Translations under genes and position numbers: made by a program
Shown here: piece after piece, positions 42,600-55,651 of the stretch
Numbering within the stretch: position 1 is the first letter of the stretch
How the letters are laid out: each line of letters starts with the position of its first letter
The notes under the pieces: generated by a model
Database searches by the model: none
Seen by the model: the letters and a program-made list of their open reading frames with translations, nothing else
What the model was told of the DNA's origin: nothing
Origin: the human T2T-CHM13v2.0 reference genome, Homo sapiens
Length of the DNA: 64,000 nt
Reading direction: 5' to 3' (one strand)
NCBI RefSeq assembly: GCF_009914755.1
Contig: NC_060932.1

Positions 42600-43160
42600 T
42601 TAAAGCTTACTTTTTGCTTAATAAACATGCTCCTAGTATACAATTTAGAAAAATACAAAAACACAAAAGAATAGAATAGCACATATTCCTACCACCCAGA
42701 GAACAATCAATAACTTAAAAAATTTCCTGCTCAGTATTTTAAAATGTAAGTGTGTATACAATCAAGCACAAAGTGTATATATAATTTTATAGCTGGGTCT
42801 TTGTTTTCTTAATGTTATCCACCATGTCATTAAATGTCTTTATAATTTTCAATGGCTCTGTGATATCCCATCATATGAATATACCATATTTAACCATTTG
42901 TTTCCATTTTTGTGACTATAAGTAACACTGATTAATATCTTAAATATGTCTTGATCCACATTTCTGATTATATACCTACAATAGTCTTAGAAATGTAATT
43001 ATTAGATCAAAGGGTCTGACCATATTTAATCCTATTTATGTACTGTCAAACTGTTTTCCAAGAAGACTGTATTAATTTACAATCCCCTTAGCAGAGTATG
43101 CGAGTTCCCTTCTCACAATTCACAACGAGTATTAAGATGTTTTAAAAATGCTTTGCTAAT
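42600..43160 (-). mobile_element. Very old L1 (L1ME-like) fragment
   Basis: Degenerate reverse L1 3'UTR motifs (tagaaatgtaattattagatcaaaggg...tgtcaaactgttttcca). Confidence 0.55.
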
Positions 43161-44778
43161 TTAAAGATTATGGTGTGACACTGTTTCACAATTTAAACTG
43201 ATTCCTAGTAATTGAATATCTTTGAATTGTTTTCGCACTTCATTTCTACTCTGATGAAAGAATGCCGAGTCAGGTATGCCATAGGTGCAATATGTTGAGG
43301 TCAGCTAGGCATGTGATGTAATGCTGTTGTGCAGATGAAAGCAAAATGTGGGTTCCACTGGTGGTCTTCATCTTTGGCCACTAATCAATCACCCAAGGAG
43401 CTTTTGAAACCATAGTTTTCCTGGCTCCGCCCCAGACCAACTAAAGCAGAATCCCTTGAGGAAAGACCCTAGGAGATCAGCTGAAACCTACTGGGCTAGA
43501 TGACAATGGAAAACTGAGTTAAGGCTGGTGGAATAACCTGCTGGGTGTTAATAGGATATTAATCCTGTCTGGTTCTCCTGACAGGCCACCACTTCCCTGC
43601 AGTCCACTCCAGTAGAAGCTGCTGTCCTCTCATTACACGTGTAGTGGGGATAGTAGGTGGGGTCACCCTCTCCTCACTCCATTACAAAGATGCCCTTATA
43701 TAGAATCTTTCCTCCTCTGAAAAAACCCTCTCTCTACCAGTACCATAGAACGCCTCTATCTATCTTCCTAAGTTCACCAACATGCAGCTTAATCCCCCAC
43801 AGTTACTGAAGCATTCTGCCATCAGACTAGCGCTTCCTCTCTAGCTCAAATCTGGTCATCATTCTGAGTAATTTCAAAGACTGTGTGGATGAACTAATGA
43901 GTATCCCGCAGGTCCTTGTCTGTCAACTCCAACGAAGTTCACCTCCCCTCCACTTCGGCCGCTGCCTTCTATAATCATGCCCTGAACCTTGTTATTACGC
44001 AGTACTGTTTCCATTTGAACACCATTTTTTTGGTCCACAAACTCCTAGCACACTAGCTTTCATACTGTCTTCCTCCCCAACAGTCTTCAGTGTATGCCAG
44101 CCCCTGCCCCTTTCCGTCATTCTCAAGCTAGAGCCACCTCCCCACCTGCAGCCACCTCAGTTCTCTTTCACACCACCCTCTCATAGAATTCTTTCTGCAA
44201 AACTTCATTCCCAAGTCTTTCCACCATAAGGGGAAGCTGAGCACTGATGGAGAATATCAAGCAACAAGGGGCAGAGGGGCCCCATAGATTTCAGGGTTTC
44301 TAAAATTGCCCAGGCCCTTAGTCCTGCCTGTCAATCCTTTACTTTGTTCTCAGCTTGTTCTATTGACCTCAACAATTATTTCCAGCTTTTGCCACTTCAG
44401 TAAATACCCGTTCAATTTGATTTTCCTCAACTTCCCTTCTTCCTGCTTAGAAAGATAGCCAACTCCATCTTCAACATCACTTCTGGTGTCTCAGAGAATG
44501 TGTGATCCTTCTGCCTGTAAACACTAACTACTCCAACCCCATTTCTATTCCCCTCCTCACCTTGGGAGACCCTGCTGCAATATTTCAACCTCTTCCTCTC
44601 TACTTAATGCATACTCAGGTCATTTCCATCCTTTAAAATAAAAATGTTTCAAGGATGAGCTTAAATTCCTCTCCAACTACCATTCAATCTCAAATCTTCC
44701 TTCACATCCAGACCTGTCTAAAGAATACAAAGGTCTGGGATTCCTTTATCCCCAAACACTGGGGACCATATGATTTAG

Positions 44779-44782
<4 letters not shown>

Positions 44783-44824
<42 letters not shown>

Positions 44825-44848
44825 TAGATATACATATATATATATTTC
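44783..44848. repeat. (CA)n microsatellite followed by (TA)n
   Basis: acacacac...cacgtgcgtagatatacatatatatata. Confidence 0.92.
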
Positions 44849-44871
44849 ATTCTAGAAAGATAATACATGTC

Positions 44872-45266
<395 letters not shown>

Positions 45267-45774
45267 TCACACTAAATGAAACAAATGATTATAAATCATC
45301 TCACATCCATTCAGGTCAGGTTTTACTGCCAAATGAATTACAAAACACCTTTCCATTTTCAGTGTGCTGAATTTTGAGACTCAAATAAGGGAATACAGGC
45401 ATGTAGATTATTCTCCTATTCCCTTCCACTCACTCTATGACCCAAAGATATTGTATCTCTTCCCATATTACCCCATTAAATCTGCCCTCCCTAGTCTTCC
45501 ATGACATTCAAATGCCAACCTACAGCAATTTGGGCATACTGTATGTTGTTACCAAACTTTCTGCTGTGTTTACCACAGTTAAAAATCACACCCCTTCCGT
45601 GGTTCCTCCTTTAACCTCTCCATTTTGTGGCTTTCATGACACAACAATCTATAGGTCCTCCTCTTACATAATTATTCTTTTTCAATCTCTTTTATGGGAT
45701 CTTCTTCCTTTTTGAAGTTATCCAGGTTTCCATCTGGCTACTTCTCTCCTCATTCATCTCTATTTTAAAAATTA

Positions 45775-46640
45775 TTTTTAACAGCTTTACTGAGGTCACA
45801 TGTCGTAAAATGCAGCAATTTAATATATACATTAAAAAGTAGTTTTAGTGTATATACAGGGTTGTGAAACCATCACCATATGTAATTCCAAAGCATTGTC
45901 ATCACCCCAAGAGGAAACCCCAAACTCATACAATTAATCCCCATTCTCTCCTCTCCCAGCCCCTCACAGCCACTGATCTACTCTCTATCTCTATGGATTT
46001 ACCTAATATGAACATTTCATATAAACAGAATCAAATAATATGTGACCTTCTATGTCTCACTTGTTTCAATTAGCATAATGTTTTCAAGGCTCAGCAACAC
46101 TGCTGCATGTATCAGTACTTCATTTCTTTTTATGGCCAAATATTCCATTGTATAGCTATACCAAATTTTGTTTACCCATTACTCAGTGAATGGACATTTG
46201 GGTTGTTTCTACTTTTTGGCTATTATGAATAATGCTATCATGGACATTTGTGTACAAGTTTTTACACAGATGTATGCTTTCCATTCTCTTGGATATATAG
46301 CTAGGAATGGAATCGGTGAGTCATATGGTAACTCTATGTTTAACTTTTTGAAGAAATGCGAAACTACTTCCCAAACTTGCTACACCATTTTACATTCCTA
46401 CCAGTAATAAACAAGGATTCCACTTTTTTTTTCAAATCTTCCCCAAACCTTGTTATTTTTGTTTTCTTTTTAAGTTATAGCCATCCTACTGGATATTAAG
46501 CAGTATATCTCATTGTGGGTTTGATTTGCCCTTCCCTAATAACAATATTGAGCATCTTTACTTGTGTTTATTTGGCTATTTGCATATCTTCTTTGGAGAG
46601 GTGCCTACTCAAATCCTTTGCCTGTCCCTAAAATTAGGTT
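45775..46640 (-). mobile_element. L1MB-type 3' fragment
   Basis: Reverse L1 3'UTR (cagctttactgagg...ggacatttgggttgtttctactttttggctattatgaataatgct). Confidence 0.88.
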
Positions 46641-46647
46641 CTCTGGT

Positions 46648-46806
46648 CAGTGATTCTTAACAGCTTTTGGGGTTATGAACCTCTCTGAGTACCTGACCAA
46701 GGCCAAAAAGTAAAAGCACACACATACAGAATATGACATACAACTTTTCCAAAATGTCACTAACTCACTAAGACCATTTATGGATCCTCCAGATTAAGAA
46801 CCCCTG
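46648..46806. mobile_element. Short hAT-Charlie-type MITE
   Basis: Inverted ends cagtgattcttaac ... attaagaacccctg. Confidence 0.6.
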
Positions 46807-46859
46807 TTCTATACCATAGGTTCCCAACCATGGCTGCATAGATAAAAACCATCTGATTT

Positions 46860-47392
46860 TCATTTTCCATTGCCATACAATCCATCAATTCTACCTCCAC
46901 ACCCAAAAGATGTGAACTTTATGTGCGACTCAGACATATGTACATCCATGCTCTAAGCAGCATAATAGGTGAATAGGCTTTGCTAAAGGTGAAAACAACC
47001 CAAATGTCCATCAACATATGAATAAACAAAAGGTGCACACACATATAATAGAATATTATTCAGCCTTAAAGAGGAGTATCGTACTGATACATGTTAAAAC
47101 ATGGATGAACCTTGAGAATACCCTAAATGAAAGAATGATTTCACTAATATGAGGTACTTAGACTGGTCAAATTTATGAGACAGAAAGAGGAACATAGATT
47201 ATCAGGGGCTGGGGAGTGGGAGGGAATGGAGTTATTAATGGTTTCTATTTGGGATGATGAAAAAGTTCTAGAAATGAATAATGGTGATGGTTGCACAATA
47301 CTGTTCATGTATTTAACATTCCTGAAATGTGTACTTAAAATAGTTACAATGGCAAATTGTATGGATATTTTACCATAATAAAAAATTTAAAA
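46860..47392 (+). mobile_element. L1M 3' fragment
   Basis: aaacaacccaaatgtccatcaaca...aacatggatgaaccttgag...gggatgatgaaaaagttctagaaatg. Confidence 0.85.
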
Positions 47393-47487
47393 AAATATTT
47401 AAAAACATCCAAGATAACCAGGTACCACTCCAGACCCATCAGATCAGAAATTTTAGAGGTGTGGTATGACCATCAATACTTCTCTTA

Positions 47488-47779
47488 GGCCAGGCGCGGT
47501 GGCTCACACTTGTGATCCCAGAACTTTAGGAGGCCAAGGCAGGAGGATCACTCAAGCCCAGGAGTTAGAGACCAGCCTGGGCAACAAGACAAGACCTTGT
47601 CTCTACAAAAAGATCAAAAATTAGCTGGGCATCGTGGTGCACACCTGTAGTGTCAGCTACTCGGGAGGCTGAGGCAGGAGGATTTCTTGAGCCCAGGAGA
47701 TCAAGGCTGCAGTGAACTATGATCGCACCACTATGCTCCAGCCTGGACAATAGAGTGAGACCTTGTCTCAAAAAACAAA
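47488..47779 (+). mobile_element. Alu (AluJ-like)
   Basis: gagcccaggagatcaaggctgcagtgaactatgatc, typical of AluJ. Confidence 0.93.
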
Positions 47780-48529
47780 TTTTTTTTCTTAAAAATTTTC
47801 CAGATAATTCTGATGTTCAACTAGGATTAAGAACTGCTGCTTTATAGTATCTTTGGTGGTATCAGTTATCCCTACGGGTTTCCCACATCTTTCCAGCCTT
47901 CACCTCTCAAAGCTTTCACCTTAAAAATCATGCCGCCTGCTAAGTGACTACTCAGAAAATTAAACACATCCACTTTTATTCCCCGCCCCCAAAATGCCCC
48001 ATGTGTAAGATGTCAATCCACTGAACATCCTCCTTATACTTCTGTATTCTTGTCAAATCATCAATAAGATATCTGTGCCTCTCCAATATCCTCAAGTCTC
48101 TCCTCTTATCACTTTGCTAATCACTACTACTTCTATTTTAGGTCTTTATCACCTCTCACCTGGATTATCCAAAATAAGTCTCCTTATTTCCAGATAACTT
48201 CCTTGATTAAAATCCTTCAATAGTCTTCGCTCCCTCCAAGACGAAGTCTGTGCTTTCTCAAACGTAATACAAGGTGCCTTATGATCTAGCCCATACCTCT
48301 GTCTCCAGGTTCATTTCTTGACCTTTTCTGTTTGCCCGGGAACTATAAATGCACATGGTTCCTCACTTACTACATACCAGCTCTTACCTAAGTTCTTTTG
48401 CTTGTCATATATGCAATAAGCCATATATCTTGTCCTTTTGGGTAACTCCCACTCATCTTTAAGACCTAGCTCACATTGACTCTTCCTCCCAAGATTAAAT
48501 TCCCCTCTTCTGTCTTCTAAACGCCTATA

Positions 48530-48837
48530 CAGCTGGCCCTCTCCGTATCTGTGGTTCTGTATTCGCAGATTCAGCCAATCTCAAATTGGAAACTTAAAAG
48601 AAAAAAACAACAATAAAAGTAATACAAATAAAAAAGCAGTACAATATAACAACTATGTGCATAGCATTTGCAATGTATTAGGTATTGTAAGTAATCTAGA
48701 GATGATTTAAAGTATATGGGAGGATGCGCATTATATGCAATTACTATGCCATTTCATATAAGGGACTTGAGCATTGGTGGACTTGGGTCTCCACTGGGTT
48801 TCTAGAACCAATCCCCTGTAATACTGAAGAACAGTTG
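48530..48837 (-). mobile_element. MER2-family MITE
   Basis: ta|cagctggccctctccgtatctgtgg ... taagtaatctagagatgatttaaagtata ... gaaccaatcccc. Confidence 0.8.
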
Positions 48838-49405
48838 CATATAACTCTACCATTAATCATGTATATCATAACTATCTTATTTATGCCTTTTCCCTACCAT
48901 ATTTTAAGCTCTTTGAAAGACAGAAAGGAAGTATTTCTCATTGTAAAAAAATCCTAGGCCCTTATTAGAATGCCTGATGCACAAGTACTTAATATTCATG
49001 GAATAAATTGCTTTACAAACTGCTATCGAGTTTGAAGCTACTTCACCAAAATAGGTAGCATCGTTGAATATTTACTATGGTATAGTAGTATACTTGTATT
49101 ATCTTATTTGATCCTCACAATTAACTGTATGAAGTAATTATTATTATTCCCTGAATGAAAATCCAAGTAACATGACTAAGGTCAAACACAGCCAACAGCT
49201 GGCAGAAGCAGGATTTGAACCCGCGCTGTCTGACTCTAAGCCTGTACTCTTTACCTCTAGGACACTGCCTCATTATTTGATGCACTGCTACTCTCTCAAC
49301 TTCTTACTGTGCATGTCTCATCTCAAGTAAATAATTCCATCCAGTATTTTCCTTTTTTTTTTTTTTTAAGTATAAACTTATAGTTTTGTATCTGTTAAAA
49401 TTTAG

Positions 49406-49710
49406 GGCCAGGTGCAATGGCTCATGCCTGTAATCCCAACACTTCAGGAAGCTGAGGCAGGAGGACTGCTTGAGCTCAGGAGTTTGAGACTAGCCTGGGC
49501 AACATAGTGAGACTCTGTATCTACAAAAGAAAAAAAATACAAAAATTATCCGGGCATGCTGGCATGCCCCTGTAGTTCCACAAACCAGGGAGGCTGAGGT
49601 GAGAGGACTGCTTGAGCCCAGAAGGTGGAGACTCTAGTGAGCCAAAATCACATCACTGCACTCCAGCCTGGGCAACAGAGCAACACTCCATCTTCCAAAA
49701 CAACAAAAGA
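49406..49710 (+). mobile_element. Alu (AluJ-like)
   Basis: Diverged dimer. Confidence 0.9.
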
Positions 49711-50064
49711 AGAGTTTACAAAGCTTTAGCATATTACTACATACTCTTCATAGCCAGCAGAACTACTCCAAGAACACACACACACACTTGCCATTAGGTT
49801 GAAAAAAAAAATTAACTGTGTGACGTTCTAAGTAAGGGAAACCAAAGATGACAGTCATTTAAGTCAAAATAACCAGGGGATTTTAGGTGATTGCAATTTA
49901 ATATGATTTAGCCAAATGACTTGATACTAAAAATAACAAATGTACCCACAGACCACAAAACAAAGGCAAAATTAAACATATGTGATTAAGATAGAAATAT
50001 GAGATTCCATGTTGCTCCAGAAGACAGAAATGACAGGTTCATGGATAACTTAGTCAATGAATAA

Positions 50065-50098
50065 GCATGTGCACACGCGCGCGCGCGCGTGTGTGTGT
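50065..50098. repeat. Alternating purine-pyrimidine tract with (CG)7 core
   Basis: gcatgtgcacacgcgcgcgcgcgcgtgtgtgtgt. Confidence 0.9.
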
Positions 50099-52084
50099 TT
50101 TAAACTACTTAGGAAGAGGAAACATACGTAGGTGAGAAAATACACCACATGTGTTAAAGGAATATTTCACAGACAAGAGATGCCACACTGACAAAATATG
50201 CAGTTTAAAAAACAAACAAAATAACAATATATTAGGTGCTTAGTAATTAGTATAGTGTTGAAGAATGTATTATGCATGACATTATTTGATTCTCAGAGCT
50301 CCACAATGTAAATATTGTTCCTATTTTACAGAGGAGAAAACAGATTCAGAGAAGTTACATGACCTCTCCAAGGTCTCAAAGCTCTTACATCACAGGACAA
50401 GGCTTGAAACCAAGCTCTGACTGCAAATGCCATGCTCTGCACAATTCTTCCCATTGTCTAAGAAATGCCATTAAATAACTATCTAGAAATACGTAACAGG
50501 AGAATTGCCAACAACACAAGGAAATGATCTAGGTAAAACATATTTGAAAAGACGAACATGTCATCCTCAAAGTCTGTGGACTGTCTGTCCCTGGAGACCA
50601 AGGAAGTATGAATTTTCCCTTTACCCAAATCTTCCTTGAGTTATGTCACTGGAGTATGGTGACTTGTGCTTCTGTTCATTTCTAGCACCCAAACCGTTCT
50701 CAGCAGCTCCAGGTGCTGACCATAACCAACAGCAAATATGGTACATTACTTGACCAAACCACAAAATTATACAGAACTTAGGTGGTTTAGACATTCAGGA
50801 CAGATTCAGGCCCCCATAAGCTCAACTGTGTCCCCATTTCCCTCCATATCTGCAATCTTGACCCACTATTCTAGAGAAACAACAGATTTTTGTGTCTCAC
50901 AGTAGTTGGGTTGATTTCTCTTACTTTGGTGTGTTCTGCTCACATTAACCTCTGTATAAGAAACCACCTTCTGTTTACATCCACTACCTTGCCTTTTCCT
51001 ACTGAATCCTAGGTACTCTGATAACATTTCTAATCAACTTTAGAAGACTGTGTTCCAGAATATAATTTCAACTGCCTTGAGTTTACCTGGGAATTGAAAT
51101 ATCTGGAGGTGATGGGAGATCAAACCGGGTAGGACAGAAGGGGCCTCAAACAGGTCATTACAGGAATTCTGTTTCGGCCTTGCAACGGCAACTGAATATA
51201 TTTGAACAATGGTTCATTCTGATAAACATATACAACAACTTATCATCTAAATGAAAGACTAACCTCTACCAACCACCAAGCAGAAAAACCAGAGAATTTA
51301 AATTGGTCTTCAAATTTTAGGCATGAAGAAACACAAGACCTACAGTCTTTGTTGATCTTCTTGGTAAATGTCATGTAGTACAAGACTCCACTGCACTCTA
51401 TTCTGGACCAAACAATCCATTCCCACAGCTCTTCCTAAGGACCCACAACCTGCTGATATAAGGCAGCTTTTCTCCATCTCCTTACACAGAAGACACCCTG
51501 ACAACACCATGAGACACTGCCCGCCCCCCAGCACTTGATTCAGGTATCCAATCTACAGGTTGCCAGGGTCTAGAGGGATGGCTTGGCACAAAAGTTCTAT
51601 CCAGACAAAGACAATGGTGATTGGTTGGCTCAATCAGGTTCTCTCAGTCTTTGGGATAATTAAGAGAGAGAATTGTTCAGTGAGAAGAGAAAACAACAGC
51701 TAAAAAGACACATAGGAAGAAACCACAAGATAATAAAGTTACAAGAAGAAATGAATGAGCCAAAGTTACAAGGCAGAGAAAAGATACACAGTGAGAGTGT
51801 GAACAGGTTGGTTAGCTGGCATGACAGGCAGAGCAGAAGCAGACTGAGAGACCACCTTTGCTACTACAGTCAACAAGTTCATGATTCTCCAACCTCTCCA
51901 CACAGGAAATAATCTCTTGTGCCCAATCCTTCCAGATTTCCATATCTAGACTATCACACAGACACAAAGGCTTTGGGGAAATGTGGCCCTCTACCCCTTT
52001 CCAACAAAGAAGCTCTGTTGAGAAGGGCAGCCCTATTTGACTGCATCTCCTAACACGGCCTTGAACCTCCAGATAATAACAAGC

Positions 52085-52300
52085 TTCAGTGTCATTTCTT
52101 GCTTCCACCATTTACTAGCTGCACAACCTTAGGAAAGGTTCTTAACCTTTCAAAGCTGTTTCCATGTCTGTAATATTTGCAGATAACATTTACTTCACAA
52201 GTTTGAATGAAAATTAAATGAGATAAAGCAGAAAAGTACATGGCCTGGTATACAGAAACACCCTCATAAAAATAAGCTGCCTTCACTATTATTGTCATTA
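52085..52300 (+). mobile_element. MIR SINE
   Basis: ccaccatttactagctgcacaaccttagg...aaattaaatgagataa...gcctggtatacag. Confidence 0.7.
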
Positions 52301-52334
52301 TTATCTGAAACACTTGGCCCATTGTAGGTACTCC

Positions 52335-52830
52335 ACAAATAACACTCCCTATTCAAACAGGAGATGCTCTGTCTTGTTTCAGATCTCATACTGTAAAGCA
52401 ATTATCTTTCTTCAGTCTCTTTAGGGCCACATTTTTTGCATTTTTGTTCTTCTGATGTTGAAAATGGCCCCCAAGCGTGATGTTGGAACGCTATAGAGGG
52501 TTCCGAAGTGCCAGAAGGCTGTGATGTGCCTTATGAGAAAATATGAATGTTAGACAAGCTTTGTTAAGGCAGGAGTTACATTGCTGTTGACTGTGAGTGC
52601 AATCTTAATGAATCAACAATATTATGTAACTTACATATTAAATAAGTTGTCTTTAAACAGAAATACACATAAGGTTATGTATTGATCAGATGACTAAGAT
52701 GATGTGACCAGAGGCCTGCAGGAACCTAGCCCTCAATTTTCCACTAGGAGCCATGCCTCAGAATTCGCCAGTTCAATGTTTCCCACAACTTTATAAAACA
52801 TAACTCCTGTGAAATCAGGAGAATCAATGT
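52335..52830. mobile_element. TcMar-Tigger non-autonomous element (MER82-like)
   Basis: aaaatggcccccaagcg...aaggctgtgatgtgccttatgagaaaata...gtgaccagaggcctgcaggaacctagccc; subfamily assigned from memory. Confidence 0.6.
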
Positions 52831-53569
52831 TATTACATTAAAGGTAGAATATGGGACTAGGTGAGAATCTCCAAGTGGGAGGGGCAGGTCCAGATAGTGA
52901 AAGAGGCTCTTATGTCCTACCAAGGAAGGTGGACTTCTAATTGCTTCTAACATGTAGTTACTGATTCAAAGACTATGGGCTTGGGAAGGGTCTGTATACC
53001 TTCCTCCTCTTTATGGAATCCCTGGTATCTGTAAACAAGGATCTTTATTTGGATTCTCTGTGGTTTTTATACCTGAATGCTCCATCATAGCAATGCAGTG
53101 AGTAAAGGACCTTGGAAGCAGCAAGTTCTCCATTTGCCAAGAAAAAGGAAAAGAAACTAAGTAAGAAAATATGCAACACACTTCTTTCAGATCCCAGAAC
53201 TACAAAGCTTCTCCCCACCCAGTTAATCTCATGGCAATTCATAGTCACTCTGTTTTAACAATCTCTGCTATCCCAATTTTAATGCTCTCCTTCATTCTCC
53301 TTCCTCTAAAGCAGATTTCTGAATTAGCTGGGAGTTAATGTTCATGAATATGTTTCTTTTCAATGCGGACCGAATACTCTTTAAATAATGTCTTACTCTT
53401 AACATACTTGAAATGAAACAGAAGTTCACTAAAGTACAAACATTAAAAAACAAAAAATCACTTCAACTGTAATAGTTCCCTCCTTGTCCATTATGTTCAT
53501 CCTGTCCTCATTCTAGAATAAATCAGCAAATCTAACTGAACCCAGCATCATCTGAACTCAATATACATA

Positions 53570-53760
53570 GTAATTTAGAGTGTAGACTCTCAAGGCAAAC
53601 TACCTGGGCTGAAATCCTGCACCACTGACTCATTAGCTGTGTGAGCTTGGACCAGTGACTTTACCTCTCCATGTCTCCATCTCCCAACTGTGAAACAGGA
53701 ATTGAATTAATATATGTAAGGTCCATAGAACAGGACCTGGCATGTAAGTTCTACATAAAA
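53570..53760 (+). mobile_element. MIR SINE
   Basis: cctgggctgaaatcctgcaccactgactcattagctgtgtgagcttgg. Confidence 0.7.
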
Positions 53761-55612
53761 GATAAGCTTTAAAACTACCGTTAATTGTTTTGCAAAAGTC
53801 ATTTTCCTCATCAAAAGAAAAAGTAAAAACAAAGCCTTTAAAATTTTATTTTTAATAAGCATATGTAAAAATGACATATAAAAATGGACATTTTCACATT
53901 AAAACATGAAAGCAAAATTTGGAAAAACCAATTAATGTAGAACTAAAAATAAAAAGGCTATTACGGTTTCAATACTATGTTTATTTATCATTCATTTTGA
54001 CTACAGTCTAAGGACTTATAGAAACAAAACAGGTAACTTAAACATAAGCCTCATAGTATGCTTTTATGACTATTCTAGCCAATCAATTTACTATTGTAAT
54101 TGGATTTGACATCTAAAATGATGAAACCAAACATCTAGCTTCTATCTCAACATACTTCTTAATCTTGACTGACTTTTAAAGAAGAAACAATCATTCAATG
54201 TCAAGATTATAGTGTTTGGTGTTTCTTATAAAATCTTTAATAAAACATACATAGCAATAACCATGTTATCTTTAACATTAAAATAATGCAAATGTATGTT
54301 TATGTTGTACTATATTAGTGATTACTACAAGCCATAACCCTGCATGTTAACTGTGAACCTGGTGAAAAGAGCCATCACTACTAAAACGCATGCTAAAAAA
54401 TGCAAAGTCTTACCTTTTTAATGACAAGGACCAAAGCACCTGTGAGAGAAATGGATAAGCCAACTGATTCTAAACCTTTTTCTGCATTTCTGAATGATAA
54501 TTTTTAGAGCAAATCCTATAAGAGGTACCGTGGGAAAATTTGCTGGCTGTTACACAGGCTTTTCCACTTCCTGAATCTTATATTCCCTTGGCTTCCACAG
54601 AATTCAAATGTCTCTAAAATATAGCCCCGTACTTTAATCCTGCCTAAATCTTCCCAAACTTTTACCTTCTCAAAAAACAAAAAGGTCCTATGAACACATT
54701 TCACTGAGTTTTACAACACTGAATACTAAGATCACACTTAATTCTACTTTTTCTTACCCTATCTATTCTACAAATTAAAATTCGTTCCAAGAAACAAACC
54801 CCCTCAGCCTGACAAGATCAGACCCGATTATAATATTTGTGGTTAATTACTGTGGTTGGAATTCTGAAGTGTAGCAGGATTTGCAAGCTAGACATCTGGC
54901 TTGTTTACACGCTACCTGGACTTCAACACCTGCACCTCTTAACTCTGATAATAATACTGGGGTGCTTCCTCACTCCCCAACCTCTAAAAGTAAATACTGT
55001 TTGTTTAGATAACTCAATATGTTAATCTGTTTATGAAAATACTTTAAATTTGCAAAGGACTGATATTTTATGTCCTAGGGGAAAAACAAAACCATCAGGA
55101 ATAAAAACTACTCTAGCTGTAGAAGATTATTTAAAAAACAAAAAGTATTTCTGTTCTGAAACAAAGGAAAATGAAATGGCATGGAGGCAGACCAGTTACA
55201 ACTACCATCCAAATCTGCTCATATGAAACGTCATTCACAAAATCAGAGAAGTACTCTCTCAACAGTCAGATAAGTTTTATTCCTTTTAGCCATTTTAAAT
55301 TCCTATAAGATACAGGATAATTACATTTACTGAGGCTGGATTCCAACGCCAGTTATAAGTTAACTTATTGGATTAAATATCTTATTTGTCTTCATGTTCC
55401 CATATTGTTTCATACAGTGGCTTGTAATAATAATAGGTGCTCAATAAAAATACCTTTTAATTATTACAAAAGTCTTGGCTCATTCAAAGGCTTAGATAAG
55501 GTAACAAAATAAGATTTAAAAATAAAGAAAAACAAAGAAAGCTCAAATAATACAACTTTGAAACTTTTATTATTCAAAATATTTAACATATGGTGCTAGT
55601 GCTTTCTGGGCG

Positions 55613-55651
55613 GAAAATGGTATGTAACCCTGAAAATGGTATGTAACCCTG
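55613..55651 (+). repeat. Perfect 19-bp tandem duplication gaaaatggtatgtaaccct x2
   Basis: Read directly. Confidence 0.9.

Noticed and set aside
51390-52085. Possible old ERVL/MaLR-type LTR
   Set aside because: LTR-like composition only; family and ends could not be assigned by eye.
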